DNA of 63,155 nt, filler included, from Reclinomonas americana ATCC 50394 (lineage: Eukaryota), in assembly GCA_048213135.1 (NCBI GenBank). It is 11 parts of 11 records of this genome, joined end to end, with 100 filler letters (N's around TTAATTAATTAA, not from the genome) between each part and the next. Parts side by side here need not be neighbours in the genome. Positions count along the whole stretch, not along the records: positions 58,048 to 63,155 come from AFZH01017136.1; 10 more parts are not named here. The stretch is one strand, 5' to 3'. The notes under the pieces are model-generated. The model searched no databases. It was given only the letters and a program-made list of their open reading frames with translations, and was not told where the DNA came from. The position numbers and the translations under genes were made by a program. This document shows positions 60,653 through 63,155 of this stretch, piece after piece. The number at the start of each line of letters is the position of its first letter. The first letter of the stretch is position 1.

Positions 60653-62098
60653 CTACTGATGACGCTCAAGCTCGGCCACGCGTTTCCGCAGCTGCTTGTT
60701 CTCGGTTTCCATGCGTGAGAGACGATGCTGCGGGAAGGGTGGGTGATTTGCTGCGAGAAACAAAGCGTGGACGTGAAGACGAACTCACCTGCACTTGGAC
60801 AAGCAGCTCGACGTTGGCAGCCTGCTGCTGTGCCTGCTGGGCGGCAGTGGCGTGTGCGCTGGCCGAGGCGCGGGAGACGGCGGCCTCACGAGCCTCTAAT
60901 CTCTCCTGGCGCTCGCGCCACTTCTCCAGTTGGTACTCGGCCTGCGTGACGGCGTCGCGCAGCTCCGTGCACTCGGCCTCCTTCTTGCGCATCGCGGTGC
61001 GCAGTGCGGCCAGCTGGCCCGTCAAATCGTCCTCCATCATGCTCCACCGCGCCTCTGCCTCGGCACGTTGCCGCTCCGTCTCACTGCGCAGTTGTGCCAT
61101 GTCGCGCTGCAGCGAGATCACCGTGGCGGTGCGCTCGGCACAGTCGGCGCACACTCGCTGCAACTCCCGCTCCAGCTGCAACACGCGTGCGTGCGTCGCC
61201 GACGGCACCCACACTGCCTTGGTGCCACCGCCAATCCCATTCGTCGTGGTCGCTCCACTCGCCATCGACGACGCATCACTCCCATCGTTGGCTGCACTCT
61301 GCTGCGACGCACTCAGCGGCACCAAATCACGACGCGTCGTCGGTGCCGATGCCGGCGCTGTTCTCCGCGGGCTATTCGTCATCGATCCATTCGGTGACGG
61401 TGCTCGTGGTCCACCTGCTGCAGCTCGACTCCTCGGTCGTGAGCTCTGCTGCGACTGCGGCTGTGGCGGTGGCTGCGAGAGTGCCAGTCAGCACGACACC
61501 AACAACAACAACGATGATGAGATCAGGCTGCCGAACCGTGGGCGCTCCACCGCGCGGCGACAAGCGCATGGACGATCGCGCGCTGTGTGGTGTCGAGGCA
61601 CCAGAGGCACGCACTCCACTGGCCATCAGCGCCAGCGAGCGAGAGGCACCTGCATCGACTGGCCACGCATCGGCTCCGCGCGGTGAGGTCGGCGAGGGCG
61701 CGATCTCAGCCGATCGCAACGCCACCACCGGGTGCGCGCTCAGCAGATCGACTTCAGCGGCCACCAGCGCCAGCATGAACTGTGTGAGAGAGTGAGTGTG
61801 GTGCGACTCTGTGTGTGTGTGGGTGTGTCAAAGCACCTTCACATCCTCGCTGCGATCGCGATCGGCGTCCTTCAGGTTGCGCATGTCGAGCTCCAGCTTC
61901 TCCACATACTCACTCTGCGCCTCGAGAAGCTTGCGATCTGTGTGTGAGAGAGTGAGAGTGAGTGACACACTCACACTCGCGCACTCTCTCTGCGCGACTC
62001 ACACACAGACCTCGGACGAACTCCCGTCGCGTGGCGGCAATGTCTTGCAGGCGACTGCGCAGCTCAGTGTAGCGCTCATGGAGAGTGCTGTTGGCCAT
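60653..62098 (-). CDS. Hypothetical coiled-coil protein, multi-exon
   Basis: Heptad-rich exons (LHERYTELRSRLQDI; LQLERELQRV..LRSETERQRAEAE..; METENKQLRKRVAELERHQ*) flanking a Ser/Thr-rich linker. Confidence 0.62.
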
Positions 62099-62175
62099 TC
62101 ACACAAGCACACACTCGCTCACAAACTTGGGACTTGTGACAAACCTACAACCGCGAGCGATATTGACTCTTCACA

Positions 62176-63155
62176 ATGTTGCGAGAGTTGGTGACAGTGC
62201 TGCCTCGCGCACAACCCATCCCGGTGCCCATTGTCAGCACACAACCAGGCACATGGGCGCACGACACCATGTCGCGTCGCGTGCACGATGAGATCATTGG
62301 TGCGATCGACTCTCACTCATCTCAATCACATATGCTGACACATGAACAACAACGACAGCTCGCGTGTTGCGTGAGAATGCCGACTACCTGCAGCACAATG
62401 CACAGGCCGCCAAGGTCACTCTTCTCTCTCCCTCGTATGAGCTCTCTCTGTGGCGATGTCGTGTCATGAATGCATGCAGGCAATGAGTGATTTGCAAGCC
62501 GAGTTGTCGCATGCGGGTGAGTCGGTGATTCCGGTGCCGGCGATCGTGGACGAGAGTGACGATGCTCGTGAGTGGAATGAGCGCATCATGCGCCCGTTTG
62601 CGGGCAAGGAGACGTGGCTGAGCGCACCGTGGGCAGAGGTCTGTCCGCAAGCGAGTCACACACCACGATCGTGCGATCGCGCATGCATGCTGACGAAGGT
62701 GCGTGTGATGGCAGGCCGAGTTCTACTTGTATCGGCGCATTGTGTCGGCGTTTGGACATGGGACTGCGTCGCCAGTGGATCCATTTGCGACGCAGAAGCG
62801 GGCCGGTGCGCGTGCGGCGTTGCAGCCGAACGGGGGCATGCCGGCACTGGCTGTGCGGCTGGCCGACGCCATTGTGCATGTAGGCAAGGAGGCGCGGTTG
62901 TTGGAGGTGGGTTTCCGGCTGTTTGTGGAGGTGGCTCTGTGGGGCAATCGCATGGATCTGTCGTTGTGGCCGGTGAACACGGATGCGGCGTCGACCGATG
63001 ATGACGGTGATAAGCGTGGCGAGGACGCGTTTGCCGCTGTGTTGGAGGCCGGGCATGCGTTTCTGCTGGCCGACGACATGGATGCACTGTGGCAGTATGC
63101 GCGAGATGGGTGCGTTGATCGTGTCGCTCGCGTTGAGGTACGAGCTGCCCTGTGA
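62176..63155 (+). CDS. ARMT1: Damage-control phosphatase ARMT1/DUF89 family; 3' partial
   Basis: GTWAHDTMSRR, TWLSAPWAE-AEFYLYRRI, DPFATQK, VALWGNRMDLSL and LLADD are DUF89/ARMT1 motifs. Confidence 0.92.

Noticed and set aside
1..63155. Alternative genetic code or non-canonical introns
   Set aside because: TAA, TAG and TGA all end conserved genes at expected positions (UFM1, eIF3m, USP). The introns I resolved are GT-AG, and intron-spanning ORFs simply reflect short stop-free introns.

Overview
Gene-dense, GC-rich nuclear DNA from a eukaryotic microbe (taxon not determinable here). It has many short GT-AG introns (often about 50-80 nt, CA/CT-microsatellite rich) and uses the standard genetic code. 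The window is a scaffold of 11 contigs joined by ten artificial 100-nt linkers (N44-TTAATTAATTAA-N44). Recognisable genes: GH31 alpha-glucosidase, a very long VPS13, an ADCY10/sAC-like tandem adenylyl cyclase-STAND-helical repeat protein, PTAR1, a kinase-IQ protein, PCF11, ATP synthase F6, eIF3m, a GST, a tandem F-box family, UNC-50, a membrane EEP hydrolase, MiaA, LYRM7/MZM1, VAMP7, RPL18A, PEX2, RPS11, UFM1, USP12/46 and ARMT1/DUF89. Most notable: (1) a tandem array of at least 3 F-box genes with a Cys4/XPA-like module; (2) a kinase-5xIQ-coiled coil-beta-sandwich protein; (3) an sAC-STAND protein with intact cyclase residues but a degenerate P-loop; (4) a VPS13 with PH and beta-helix-like inserts; (5) a bacterial-type GST ending in a PTS1; (6) a UFM1 encoded already mature; (7) a tiny possible DASH/Dam1 subunit; (8) several head-to-head gene pairs only 50-110 bp apart. 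All calls come from manual translation and recalled motifs, with no searches run. Exon boundaries are approximate unless listed.
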